From an uncultured virus (IMG/VR IMGVR_UViG_3300038312_000251) (Duplodnaviria > Heunggongvirae > Uroviricota > Caudoviricetes), in IMG/VR virus record IMGVR_UViG_3300038312_000251: 64,000 nt of DNA. One strand, written 5' to 3'. The notes beneath the pieces are model-generated. The model saw only the letters and a program-made list of their open reading frames with translations, had not been told where the DNA came from and searched no databases. Both the position numbers and the translations under genes were made by a program. Positions 10,205-20,167 of the stretch are shown piece by piece (position 1 is the first letter of the stretch; every line of letters starts with the position of its first letter).

Positions 10205-10987
10205 TTATTTCTTTTTTAATTCTTCTTTCACTCTATCATACCCAGAAAGAATGGTGTCAATGTCCCAAATTTTTTCTTTTGCTGATTGTCTATTTTTAGA
10301 ACTTTCTGTACTGCGGTCTCTGATTTTGATTAATTTTTCTTTATAGGTTTTGAGTTCATCTTCACTCATTTTTTGAAGTGAATCTGAAATGTTTTTTCTC
10401 ATCGAATAAGAAACAAAATTCCACCATTTTTTCTCTGAAGTTTTTTCGTCATTTGATTGCTTTTCGGTTTCACTATCTTTTTTGCTAACTTTAAAAGTCA
10501 AAAGTTCATATTGACCAGTTCTTTCATTTTTAACCGCAGCATAACTTCCTGCTATTTTATCATTTTTCATAGCAGAACGGTCAATTTTATCTTCACTCTT
10601 TGTTCCTTTTACGTCTAACATTGAAGCTAAATTATTTGGACTTTTTTTAATATGATCAATAATAGAATCAGCACTCACTCTTTGACCATCTGGATGGTAT
10701 AAAATTCCCGAAACTTTGTCAGACAGTTTATTTATTAGATTATAAACGCTTGGATATTTTTCCCTACTTTTTATTTCATCACTGTTTTTACTTCTTGTTT
10801 TTGCGTTTGCTACTCTCCAATCACCCTTTCCGTTATTAGCAGAAGAACGCCAAATCCATCGTCCGTTTGGATGCATTTCCCCATCTGTACGTGCCTTTTC
10901 AAACAAGTCTTCAGTTCCAGCAGCTTTCAAAATTTCTTCCGCTTCTTCAACTGAATTAATCTTAATGTCTTGAATTAAAGTTTTCAT
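10205..10987 (-). CDS. putative internal head protein with HP-W-W-DWR module
   Basis: LFEKA-RTDGEMHPNGRWIW...DWR at aa 28-58; remainder unrecognised. Confidence 0.55.
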   Translation of the reverse strand: MKTLIQDIKINSVEEAEEILKAAGTEDLFEKARTDGEMHPNGRWIWRSSANNGKGDWRVANAKTRSKNSDEIKSREKYPSVYNLINKLSDKVSGILYHPDGQRVSADSIIDHIKKSPNNLASMLDVKGTKSEDKIDRSAMKNDKIAGSYAAVKNERTGQYELLTFKVSKKDSETEKQSNDEKTSEKKWWNFVSYSMRKNISDSLQKMSEDELKTYKEKLIKIRDRSTESSKNRQSAKEKIWDIDTILSGYDRVKEELKKK

Positions 10988-10999
10988 ATCTTTTTACTT

Positions 11000-11581
11000 T
11001 CAAAATTTTATTCCAGCGTCAATAGTATAACCGTTTTCATTTCCAATCCTTATCCCCGAAACTCCTATCATATATTTTTGTCTTAAATCTATGCCAAATT
11101 GAATCTTATTAGTTTTCAAATCAACTGAACTACCTATAATACCATAGAATTGAATAGTAGGAACTTTGTATATGGTTTTAGTTTCGTAAACTGTACGAAT
11201 GTTCGGCTCTATAAATGAATTGGCAGAAATGAGCTTATTTTGATTTACAACAGCATCTACTTTAAACACTCCTAACGTATCATTTGAAAAATCCAAATTG
11301 TATTTCCTTGTTGAATAATAATCTTGCCAAACTGCAAATAAAGCTGCTGTATCAGTATGAATTGGAACTGGAATTGAATCAGGAACTTTAACAATGACTT
11401 CATACGGTTCAGGAACTTTTATGGTATCTCTTATTGTTTCACCCTTTCCCCATTTTATTTCAACGATAGTTTCAGGCTCAGGAATTTCAACGCTTGACCT
11501 ACCTAAAAGATAACCTGCAAAAATAGCAATTGCAACAATCACTATTCCGCCAACCGATATGGTAATTTTATTTTTCATCAC
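11000..11581 (-). CDS. membrane-anchored protein, possible spanin-like lysis component
   Basis: N-terminal TM helix, C-terminal amphipathic beta-strands ending in Phe; lies downstream of holin-like and amidase-like genes. Confidence 0.45.
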   Translation of the reverse strand: MMKNKITISVGGIVIVAIAIFAGYLLGRSSVEIPEPETIVEIKWGKGETIRDTIKVPEPYEVIVKVPDSIPVPIHTDTAALFAVWQDYYSTRKYNLDFSNDTLGVFKVDAVVNQNKLISANSFIEPNIRTVYETKTIYKVPTIQFYGIIGSSVDLKTNKIQFGIDLRQKYMIGVSGIRIGNENGYTIDAGIKF

Positions 11582-12059
11582 CGTTTAACCTTTTTTCATA
11601 TTTTGAAACCATGTCCTCAAGCTGAGAAATTCTTTGTTTGTATTCCGCTTCCCTTCTTTGACTTTCTTCTTCAAAACCTCTGTACTGTTCTAACAATTGA
11701 CTATATTTTTGTCTTTCGATTTCTCTTTGTTTTTCATAATCATTTCTCATCTCGCTCAATTCCGTTCTAAAAGAAACGATTATATCATTGCTTAATTTTC
11801 GTTCATTTTGATACTCAGAATATAAAGTATCATATCTCGCTTTCCACCAACCATCTTTTGATTCGACTTCATGTTGCAAAACATCATACCTTTTTTTCCA
11901 AAATTCATCTCCCTTAATATCCGCTTCTGCTGAAGCGTCACGAACCTCTTGCTCATACTTTTTTCTATCCAGTGCCCTGGATACGACAGCATATCCAATT
12001 CCACCAGTTCCGAACAATAAGGATATTATAGCAAAAGCATTTTCAGATAACCAGTTCAT
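11568..12059 (-). CDS. holin-like protein (N-terminal TM plus coiled coil)
   Basis: hydrophobic AFAIISLLFGTGGIGYAVV followed by charged heptads. Confidence 0.5.
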   Translation of the reverse strand: MNWLSENAFAIISLLFGTGGIGYAVVSRALDRKKYEQEVRDASAEADIKGDEFWKKRYDVLQHEVESKDGWWKARYDTLYSEYQNERKLSNDIIVSFRTELSEMRNDYEKQREIERQKYSQLLEQYRGFEEESQRREAEYKQRISQLEDMVSKYEKRLNGDEK

Positions 12060-12628
12060 TATAAAAATTCGTTTTTTATTTTACTTGTTCTTATCTTAGA
12101 CAATTTCACTCTTTTTCGATAATCTTCTGTATTGTAATTTGAACGCAAACATCGAACTATCTCATCAGCGAACAATTTAATTATTTCTTTAAACGCTATT
12201 GAATAATTTTCCCAATCGCACGGATTATTTAAAGTACAAAGATAGAATATTGCTTTTGTTGAAGCACTGACTTTATTAAAAAATTTAAACCATTCTTTAT
12301 CGTCAGAAGTAACAAACTTAAAATCTCTCCAAGCAATATCTGGAGTTAAAATATCTAAATCATTTGAAAGATTGTAAGCAAAATCCCTTCCAATATAAGA
12401 ACAATTTTTATTCAACGTCAAACCGCACCCCCTTTTACCATCTCTATAAAAGTCAAAAGCTAATGCTATTCCATATGTCTCATGCTTGCGGAACAAATTA
12501 AATAAGTCATACGAATAATCTACCACAACTTCAACTTTACGGTTTCTTAGCTCTTCCGCAAGTGCCTCTTTGAAAATCCTTGAAGGCTTGTCGAAACGCT
12601 TAGAAGTCAAATAAACTATCTTACACAT
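12059..12628 (-). CDS. N-acetylmuramoyl amidase-fold-like protein, catalytic residues not evident
   Basis: overall pattern resembles Amidase_3 (IVYL..., LAEELR..KVEV, AIFY.C.LNN..D) but lacks the usual His/Glu zinc ligands. Confidence 0.35.
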   Translation of the reverse strand: MCKIVYLTSKRFDKPSRIFKEALAEELRNRKVEVVVDYSYDLFNLFRKHETYGIALAFDFYRDGKRGCGLTLNKNCSYIGRDFAYNLSNDLDILTPDIAWRDFKFVTSDDKEWFKFFNKVSASTKAIFYLCTLNNPCDWENYSIAFKEIIKLFADEIVRCLRSNYNTEDYRKRVKLSKIRTSKIKNEFL

Positions 12629-12643
12629 TTCCGTCCACGTTTT

Positions 12644-13228
12644 TTATTTTTTTCTCATTTCAAAATTTACATTATCTTTATTTTCCAATAAAGTTTCAAG
12701 CATATTGATTTCATCTCTCTGAGCTTGTCTTTCCGAAATTAAAGATTTAACGTCATAAGGCATTTCAGTCCCCAATAATTGAGCTTCCAAACATTTATTT
12801 AATTTAACATCTGATTTTGTTAAATTTTTCTTCAGGTTATCAATTTTATTAAGAACTAAAGAAATACTGTTTTTTTCAACCTTCCAGCTTCTGATAACTT
12901 TACCGCTTTTTCTGTCTTGACGATAAACAGGCAATAAAACATCAAGCTCTCCTAAATCTTTGTCAGAAGATGGTTCTTCAACCAAATCTTTAAACTCTCC
13001 TAATTTATCAATTCTTTTGGAGAATTCATCTTCAATAGACAAGCGAAGTTCTAATTTAGCTTTTTCTTTTAGCTTCTTCTTTTTCTTAGCTTTGATTGAA
13101 ATGATTTCATCATCTGTTATCTCATTATATTCAAGAGTTTTTTCATACTCATCCTTTATAACCGATAGTTCCAAATTATAATCAATAGGAACTACTGTTT
13201 TTTCATCAATAAATTTATATCGTATCAT
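12644..13228 (-). CDS. tail-fibre-associated (assembly/chaperone-like) protein
   Basis: immediately downstream of the fibre-like gene; C-terminal KCLEA.L....PYD..L..ERQA.RDEIN.LE motif. Confidence 0.45.
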   Translation of the reverse strand: MIRYKFIDEKTVVPIDYNLELSVIKDEYEKTLEYNEITDDEIISIKAKKKKKLKEKAKLELRLSIEDEFSKRIDKLGEFKDLVEEPSSDKDLGELDVLLPVYRQDRKSGKVIRSWKVEKNSISLVLNKIDNLKKNLTKSDVKLNKCLEAQLLGTEMPYDVKSLISERQAQRDEINMLETLLENKDNVNFEMRKK

Positions 13229-13234
13229 AATTTT

Positions 13235-15067
13235 TTAATTTAAAATATTCATTATCCAAAATTGTCCATCAGAAATGAATCTAAAAGTTTTACCTATATC
13301 GTCACTACCAGCAGTTGTATAAGTTGAAACACCTGTACTTCCACCCCATTTAATTAACATAGAAGAACTGGCGGCAAACATTATTCTTCCAGCGTTCATT
13401 TGATTAATATAAACAGTTTGTCCATTATAAGGAGCAACTGGAAGAGTAATGGTTTTTTCTACAGTATTATAAGAAACGATAAAAACATCAGTTGATAACA
13501 TATTGTATGTGTCGTCCTTTTGTTTAATTTGAACATACATACCATTTATTTTCAACTTATCAAAATATCCTCCATACGATGGAGCTGGATTTGGATTAGA
13601 ATTTGAAGCAAGTCCAGCAACACCTGCTAAAAAAGCAGTATCAAGAAAAACATCGTTTGGCACATTACCATAACCTAAACCAGCAATTGAAACTCCGTGA
13701 GGAATGGCAGCTGAAGCTGGGTAAATTTGTTCGGCTGCGCCATTAGAAAACACCCCAGTACTTCTTATTTGAGAAGTTCCAAATTGGTCTCTTGCTTCTA
13801 TTGAACCTAACGTGGCATCAATAATACATCTTCTGTTAACATTTGATTGGTCATAAAAACTCGCTTTACCACCTTTCAAATCTATGGTCGCTGTCGGTAC
13901 AGATGTATCTGTAACAAGATATTTGGATTCAATTTTTCCATCCGATAAATTTCCAATCTGATTTAATTTCCCTTGAACCTTTCTAAACGATTCTTCAAGA
14001 CTATCTTCAGGAGCAAGGTCTGGAATTGTTCCTGTGTGATTATAAGGTTCAAAAGCGGCAGAAAGTTTTAACGATATATTTTTAAACCAATATTGAACTT
14101 TTCCTAAAGCACTCTCAACAGAGTCATTACTATTGATAAATTGTTCTGATGTCGCCTGAGTAAAATTTGGTGAAATTTTTACGCCAGTAGCAAGTTTGAA
14201 TTGATTTATCCATCGCTGAATTTTTGAAATCAAAGTGTATAAAGTATCGCCCTTGGAAATATTAGTAGCAGCTCCACCAACTTCTAAATCACTCGGCAAT
14301 GCTTTTTCATAAATAGCTGTCGGCAAGGTTGCGTTTTCAATTGCTTGATTTGCATTCTGAATAATGGTTTGATTTTCCTGCCCTACGTTATTGATGGCAG
14401 TACTCACATTTTCCATATCTTCATCATACGTGTTCTTTGAAACTACACCGCCTGTTTTGTCTAAAATATTAGAAATAGCATTATTGAAATTAAAGAAAAA
14501 ACCGCCATTCCAAGTTATTGAATTTCCCGTAACCTTTGATAAAAAAGATGATAGTTTATATTTAGCAAGGCTCCAAACATTATTCCTTTTTACCTTACCT
14601 AAAATAAAATCATCAGCAGTATAATCTGGAACTTGTTCGTTGAATCGGAATACAAGTTTTTTATTAACGCTATCAAAAACCCCTACTACATCATCAATCG
14701 ACAAATTTGAAGAAGTAACGTGATATTGTATATTAGTACCAAGGTCATCAATTAAAATATTTCCCAAAGAATCACTGTATTGAACCTTAGTGGTCGTAAC
14801 AGCTAAAGCAAGTACATTACTTCTATCAGAAATTTTGAACCAAGCTCCTACAGATAATCCAACGCTGGTAGCTAAATTAACAAGCTCAGAATAGGTTATG
14901 GTTGAAATTGTATTCTTATCAAGAACAACCCATTGGCTTAAATTTACATCGTAAACTTTATGAACCATTTGACTTGGCGTATTGTCATACCAAATCATTA
15001 TAATGTTCACTGGAGGTGTACTACCAATGTGAACCCCCGAAACTTGTCCTATGTTTTTTGTACTCAT
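13235..15067 (-). CDS. tail-fibre-like structural protein
   Basis: three repeats ISKGDTLYTLISKIQ / INSNDSVESALGKVQ / LAPEDSLEESFRKVQ; Gly/Ser-rich beta region; C-terminal TITLP...GQ...F.SDG..W. Confidence 0.6.
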   Translation of the reverse strand: MSTKNIGQVSGVHIGSTPPVNIIMIWYDNTPSQMVHKVYDVNLSQWVVLDKNTISTITYSELVNLATSVGLSVGAWFKISDRSNVLALAVTTTKVQYSDSLGNILIDDLGTNIQYHVTSSNLSIDDVVGVFDSVNKKLVFRFNEQVPDYTADDFILGKVKRNNVWSLAKYKLSSFLSKVTGNSITWNGGFFFNFNNAISNILDKTGGVVSKNTYDEDMENVSTAINNVGQENQTIIQNANQAIENATLPTAIYEKALPSDLEVGGAATNISKGDTLYTLISKIQRWINQFKLATGVKISPNFTQATSEQFINSNDSVESALGKVQYWFKNISLKLSAAFEPYNHTGTIPDLAPEDSLEESFRKVQGKLNQIGNLSDGKIESKYLVTDTSVPTATIDLKGGKASFYDQSNVNRRCIIDATLGSIEARDQFGTSQIRSTGVFSNGAAEQIYPASAAIPHGVSIAGLGYGNVPNDVFLDTAFLAGVAGLASNSNPNPAPSYGGYFDKLKINGMYVQIKQKDDTYNMLSTDVFIVSYNTVEKTITLPVAPYNGQTVYINQMNAGRIMFAASSSMLIKWGGSTGVSTYTTAGSDDIGKTFRFISDGQFWIMNILN

Positions 15068-15069
15068 AA

Positions 15070-16785
15070 TTATATACCTTCTTGTTTAAGAAAATTGTCA
15101 AATGCTTTTACAAAAGAATTTTCAAGCTCCCCTTTATTAGTATCGTCATCATCTTCATCAACGTCATACAAGTCAAAAGGATTGTTTGTATCGTCATTCT
15201 TCTCACTTACTTCTTCAAACGGATTTTTTATTTCAGGCTCTCCGTCATTTTCAACTATTCCGTTTTGTCGCTGTTGTTCAGCCATCATTGCAGCATTTTT
15301 AGCTTGAACAAAAGTAGCATTGTTTGGAGAATCACCGCCTTCCAACGGTTTCAATTCGTGTTTCTCTCTTGCTTCATTAACGGTCATAAAACTATTGACT
15401 TTATCAATATCCATCTTCAATTCTTCATCGATAGACAAACCGTTCAACCCTACAAATATAAGCTCAAAATCAGGATTGATTTGCTCAATTATGTATTTGT
15501 TTATTTTTCTTTGAATGAATTTAAGAAGTGGATACAATCCTTTATCCTTAGAATGTTTTAACCTTTGTTCCTGACTGCCTTCAAATAAACCTCCACCGCT
15601 TGAACCACGACTTATATCCCAACCGATTTCCGTTGGGTCAATAGAATAAATGGCGCAAGATAATTTAATAAGGTATTCCATCCATGATGTGTATTCCATA
15701 TCACGGTTGTTCTTTTGAAGGTCAATCCAATCAACGTCAGCTTCTACCACTGGAGTTTTCCAGGCTTGCATTACACCTGTAATCATTGATTGCCATTGTT
15801 GTTTGAATTGTTGTAAAGCAGCCTCATTGTTGCTACCTTTTATTCTTAACAATCCTTTGGGAGCAGAACCTTGACTGAAAAAACGTCTATTGTATTCATC
15901 TCCCCATAACATAGAAGTTACAACATTAATTAATTCCTCAAGCTCCGAAACTCCGTATCCATTTGCATAAATTGAAGTTGAAGGATTGCGAACGCCAAAA
16001 CATAATTCCCAAGGATAAAATTCATTAACCTTAGTATTTTGATAAACTTGAACGAATGATGGATAATAACCGTGAATTTTCTTTCCAAAATCATTTCTAT
16101 CTTGCCAAACTGAAGCTCCATTTCTCGCAAAAAAAGCGTTATCATAATCTTTATCAAAAAATGAATCAGCTATTCTGAAAGTTGAAGCATCTGTTGCCAT
16201 GAAAGATTCAATCTGACCCCTTCTATTCCGTACGCATTCAAAAGTCATCTGGTCATATATCAATGAATCATCAACTATCTTACGAATAAAAGTATCAAAA
16301 TCGTCATGTTCCCATTGACTGACATTACCGCCTTTTAAAATAAAATCTGTGATGGAAAAAGCAATTTTTTTGTCTCTGTTATCCATCTTTTGTTCAATCC
16401 CACCTTTTGGTTTTTTTCGGATAACAAAACCTGTTGAATATTTATTTTCTTGCGGTTCAGCAAAGTCAGCAACTTGATTTTTTCTGGTCTTAATGATAGA
16501 ATTGATAATAGGTGTTTTAGACATTCTTTTCAACGTCATATACGACAAAGCATACGGTTTATCCTTATACCCTAAATTTGCATTGAACTCTAATGGGTCA
16601 ATGAAAAACGCCTTTGGGTTCTGCTCTATCTTAGGTTGAATTGAATTAGTGAACACTTGAGTAGCTTTTACCATATCATCTGGCGAATCGGAACGCAAAG
16701 CCTTTTCAAGTGTTCTAAACTTTTTTGCTTTCAACTTAGCCTCAGCAAGTCCTATTGCATCTAATTGTTTAGACAAATTGCTCAT
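15070..16785 (-). CDS. portal protein
   Basis: IINSIIKTRKNQV, YG.SELE, N.RFFSQG..PKG, DMEY..W, TVNEAR; acidic C-terminal tail. Confidence 0.9.
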   Translation of the reverse strand: MSNLSKQLDAIGLAEAKLKAKKFRTLEKALRSDSPDDMVKATQVFTNSIQPKIEQNPKAFFIDPLEFNANLGYKDKPYALSYMTLKRMSKTPIINSIIKTRKNQVADFAEPQENKYSTGFVIRKKPKGGIEQKMDNRDKKIAFSITDFILKGGNVSQWEHDDFDTFIRKIVDDSLIYDQMTFECVRNRRGQIESFMATDASTFRIADSFFDKDYDNAFFARNGASVWQDRNDFGKKIHGYYPSFVQVYQNTKVNEFYPWELCFGVRNPSTSIYANGYGVSELEELINVVTSMLWGDEYNRRFFSQGSAPKGLLRIKGSNNEAALQQFKQQWQSMITGVMQAWKTPVVEADVDWIDLQKNNRDMEYTSWMEYLIKLSCAIYSIDPTEIGWDISRGSSGGGLFEGSQEQRLKHSKDKGLYPLLKFIQRKINKYIIEQINPDFELIFVGLNGLSIDEELKMDIDKVNSFMTVNEAREKHELKPLEGGDSPNNATFVQAKNAAMMAEQQRQNGIVENDGEPEIKNPFEEVSEKNDDTNNPFDLYDVDEDDDDTNKGELENSFVKAFDNFLKQEGI

Positions 16786-16840
16786 ACCATAAATCAGTTT
16801 TACTTTGATATTCTATAACTGTTAATGAATAGACAAAAAT

Positions 16841-16868
16841 AAAAGGGAAACAGTTTTGTTCCCCTTTT
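16841..16868 (-). terminator. intrinsic terminator (possibly bidirectional)
   Basis: AAAAGGGAA...TTCCCCTTTT hairpin flanked by A/T runs, just after 16895. Confidence 0.65.
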
Positions 16869-16894
16869 TAAAAATAACAAAAGTTTCAAATCTA

Positions 16895-17689
16895 TTAAAC
16901 TGTAACAACTGTGATTGCCAAGGCAGCAGTTTCATCACCGTCACAAACGATAGCAGCAGGTGCAGAACCACTTGTCCAAGAATCATCAGAATCAAGAGCA
17001 AATTCATACGAATATCCTTCGTAAATGTCAACATCCACATCTACGCCATCTTCCAAATTAACAGGAGTGTTGGTTGAAGAATGGTCAGCTAATGTACCGA
17101 TTAACATAACAGAAGTTTCTGTTGCGTCAGTCAGAGTTGGAGTAATTGTTAAAGTATGAACGGGCAGGTCAATAGGAACTGAAACAGCTAAAGTAACCGC
17201 CTCATCTCCATCGCAAGTGAAAGGCTCTGGAGTATCAACAGTCCAAATGTCCGTTCCGACTAATTCAAAACTGTATTCAAATCCTTCAACGATTTCAACT
17301 GTAGTTGGAACTCCATCTGTCAAAGGAACAGTTTTCTTCATCGCTACATCGTATTCATTTTTACAAGAAACGATAATAAACGTTTCATCTCCGTTTGTAA
17401 TGGTGGGAGTGATAGTGAGTTCATGTTCTTCAACCCCAAACGTCTTAACGGTATCTTCACCGTATTTTACACCTGTTAATGCAGGTTGAAATTGAATAAG
17501 CAAAGCCTCAATTTCATCTTCTGTAATAACTTCACCCAACTTCCAAGGAAAGTATTTTTCAAATACAGTTCCTTCGATACCATCCATCCACATGATTGTG
17601 AAATTCTCTGATTTATCATCAATGATGTCCACTCTCAAAATAGCTTTTTGGATAGGTTCATTTTTTGTTAAAAATACAAAATCTCTCAT
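16895..17689 (-). CDS. acidic beta-rich structural protein with two internal repeats (head decoration-like)
   Basis: duplicated H.LTITPT.T...L.DGV...V.I.EG..YSF.L...D.WT...CDGDE...L unit. Confidence 0.5.
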   Translation of the reverse strand: MRDFVFLTKNEPIQKAILRVDIIDDKSENFTIMWMDGIEGTVFEKYFPWKLGEVITEDEIEALLIQFQPALTGVKYGEDTVKTFGVEEHELTITPTITNGDETFIIVSCKNEYDVAMKKTVPLTDGVPTTVEIVEGFEYSFELVGTDIWTVDTPEPFTCDGDEAVTLAVSVPIDLPVHTLTITPTLTDATETSVMLIGTLADHSSTNTPVNLEDGVDVDVDIYEGYSYEFALDSDDSWTSGSAPAAIVCDGDETAALAITVVTV

Positions 17690-17723
17690 TTTCTTAATGT
17701 TTAAAATGTTTAATCCAATTTGA

Positions 17724-18056
17724 TTATCTATAACTGTTCATTCTGCTCTCTATTTTGGACGTCACTAAACTATCAAACAGAATGTATTTCAAACCAAGTA
17801 TTGTATGAACAACAATTGCTTCATCAAGATATTCAAACAAAACCGTGTTATCATCAAATGAAGTAACTTCAGAACCTTCTCCGTTTTCTATATCATAACA
17901 CAGCTTATCAAACGCATCTAACATTATAGCATCTTCCAAAATAGTCTTTGAAATAAACTTCATATTTTTAACAGATGTGTCAAGCTCGGCAGCCATCAAT
18001 TGTAAATCAATTTCCAACGGCTCTTTTAGGGTTGTTATTTTCTTTGAAATAGGCAT
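17724..18056 (-). CDS. hypothetical protein
   Basis: 110-aa ORF in operon context. Confidence 0.7.
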   Translation of the reverse strand: MPISKKITTLKEPLEIDLQLMAAELDTSVKNMKFISKTILEDAIMLDAFDKLCYDIENGEGSEVTSFDDNTVLFEYLDEAIVVHTILGLKYILFDSLVTSKIESRMNSYR

Positions 18057-18057
18057 A

Positions 18058-19083
18058 TCAATTCTTATTAACTATAAAGACTAAATTCCAATTTTGCTTC
18101 ATATCACGCTCCATTTCCTGAATATCGAACCCGTGTTTTTTCAAATGTTTTTTCAAAGCATTAAATCTTTCAAATCCGCTTTTCAAATCCATATTCATAT
18201 CGAAATTGTATTCAAAGATAATTTGGTCAACACTTCCAAAGTCTTTGCAATTTATTAACACTTCCCACTCTGAACCTTCAATATCGACTTTCATTTTTGT
18301 AGGTTTATACTCACGCATCACATCGTTGATATTAACACATTCCACAGGAACTCTTTTGCGATTTTGTTTAACCAAGAATGAATAATAATACGGAACTTTA
18401 CCTAAATAAAAATCACGCACCTTATCATCATTACCCACTACCGCCTGTTTGTGGGCAACTACATTCTTTGCTCCGTTGTCTTCTATATTAGTGCTTAGAA
18501 ATTCATAGTTCACATCTTCAGGTTCATATACAATGACCTTTTTAACCTTATCAAAGATATCAACTGTAAAAGCTCCAATATTGCCGCCCAAGTCTAAAAC
18601 AATATCTTTCTTTGAAAGATTTAAACCGCCTAAACCGACTGAACGGTGAGTGTACTCACTGCCTTTGAAAACCGCATCAACTATATGTTTTTCAGTTGGT
18701 AGGTTTGAACGCCACTTTAAAGTTTTGCCCTCTTTTTCGGCAATGTCCAAAGTAAAATCAGATTGAACTTCTCTAAATTCCGATAATCTTTTAATTTGAG
18801 ATACAACTTTTGTTTCATTACAAAAATGAATAAAACCGTCAACTGAAACATTACTCAATAAAGGTGTTTTGTCTAAATTCAAATTAAACCCCCTTGAACG
18901 TTTTCTCAGCTTTTCTTTTTCTTCATCCTCTTTTACAATGTTGATAGAAACGTCAAGCAATTCCCCTTTCTTTTCTCTAACACTAAATGCAAGCAGGTTT
19001 TCAATTAAAATTTGAGTTGTAGTTTTCTTTTCTACAATTTCAAACCCCTTACTTACGAAAAATTTTTCCAATGTTTTATTCAT
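18058..19083 (-). CDS. FkbM-family SAM-dependent methyltransferase with N-terminal extension
   Basis: VLDLGGNIGAF, YEP...N, KVDIEGSE. Confidence 0.85.
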   Translation of the reverse strand: MNKTLEKFFVSKGFEIVEKKTTTQILIENLLAFSVREKKGELLDVSINIVKEDEEKEKLRKRSRGFNLNLDKTPLLSNVSVDGFIHFCNETKVVSQIKRLSEFREVQSDFTLDIAEKEGKTLKWRSNLPTEKHIVDAVFKGSEYTHRSVGLGGLNLSKKDIVLDLGGNIGAFTVDIFDKVKKVIVYEPEDVNYEFLSTNIEDNGAKNVVAHKQAVVGNDDKVRDFYLGKVPYYYSFLVKQNRKRVPVECVNINDVMREYKPTKMKVDIEGSEWEVLINCKDFGSVDQIIFEYNFDMNMDLKSGFERFNALKKHLKKHGFDIQEMERDMKQNWNLVFIVNKN

Positions 19084-20165
19084 TACTTCTTTTTTATAAT
19101 TGTTTTGCTTTTAGGTACAAATTTTGAACGCTGTTTTCCCGAACCGATAATCATTTTCCAATATTTTTGGAATTCACATAACCACATCTCAATTTGATGA
19201 AGCGTTATATTACATTCTTTTGAAATGTAATATTGACCCTTTTCTTTATCCCATTCCAAAAACGGCATAGGCTCTCCCTTTTCTTTTCCTATTTTATTCA
19301 ACCAATATTCCGCTTCATCTCTTAACCAATAAATTGCTGGTTTTTGCTCTCTAACAGTTTTCAGACTTGGATAAATTAATCTTATCCCAATTGAAGCACC
19401 TGGCCCAACATTAGTATAATCATCCTGAGTAAACTTCATAAACTTTCGGTCAGTGTATCTCGGTATGTAAGTGAAGTCCTGATAAAACTCATGAGCAATA
19501 AAATCTGCCACAGTAGGAAACGTTTTCAGAAACTCTATTATATCTTCTGGCTTCTTAGCAGTCATCACCTTAGCAATGAGCTTATCTACGTTTTTATGAA
19601 GATGCGGAACCACCGCTCTTGTATAACAATAATCTCTTGGTTTTCCTGGAGTTGCCAGACTGTTTATAAGATACGCTGTGGTGTAAGGATTTTGACCGCT
19701 TAAACGAACACCAGAAATAAATTGGGAAAATTCATCCTCATCATATTCATCCCAATCTGGAATGCCGTTTCTCCATTTTGTTGCTGGAATTAAACTTTTA
19801 TTTTCCTCAAACAATTTTGATTGAACGCTCTTTCCTTTTAGTTCAAAAGTGAATGTTTCAGGATTATTAAAGAAACGGAAAACCATTAATTTCCAAATCA
19901 AATTTTTCAAACTTAATCCTTCGTCAAGAAGAATGTTTTTAATTTGCCATTGACTATTTCTATCAAGCTCCCGATAAACATTGGTGAACTTTGACTCTTG
20001 AAAAATCTTATTGTTCGTCCAAGGTCTTTCTTTTTTATCAATGAACCTTCGTTTCCAAATAATCTGTCTTTCGTACATCGTTTCAAAAAACAATCTTAAA
20101 TGCGGTTCATAAACTTCTAAACTTTCGTCAGGCAGTTTGTCATACCAAGATGATGTTTCAAACAT
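19083..20165 (-). CDS. aGPT-Pplase1 / 5-hmdU hypermodification-associated helical (HhH glycosylase-like) protein
   Basis: YER..IW.RR...PWT...F...KFTNVYRELDR, FRFFN, AY, GPGA..GI, E.WLCEF.KY motifs recalled for this family. Confidence 0.75.
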   Translation of the reverse strand: MFETSSWYDKLPDESLEVYEPHLRLFFETMYERQIIWKRRFIDKKERPWTNNKIFQESKFTNVYRELDRNSQWQIKNILLDEGLSLKNLIWKLMVFRFFNNPETFTFELKGKSVQSKLFEENKSLIPATKWRNGIPDWDEYDEDEFSQFISGVRLSGQNPYTTAYLINSLATPGKPRDYCYTRAVVPHLHKNVDKLIAKVMTAKKPEDIIEFLKTFPTVADFIAHEFYQDFTYIPRYTDRKFMKFTQDDYTNVGPGASIGIRLIYPSLKTVREQKPAIYWLRDEAEYWLNKIGKEKGEPMPFLEWDKEKGQYYISKECNITLHQIEMWLCEFQKYWKMIIGSGKQRSKFVPKSKTIIKKK

Positions 20166-20167
20166 AA

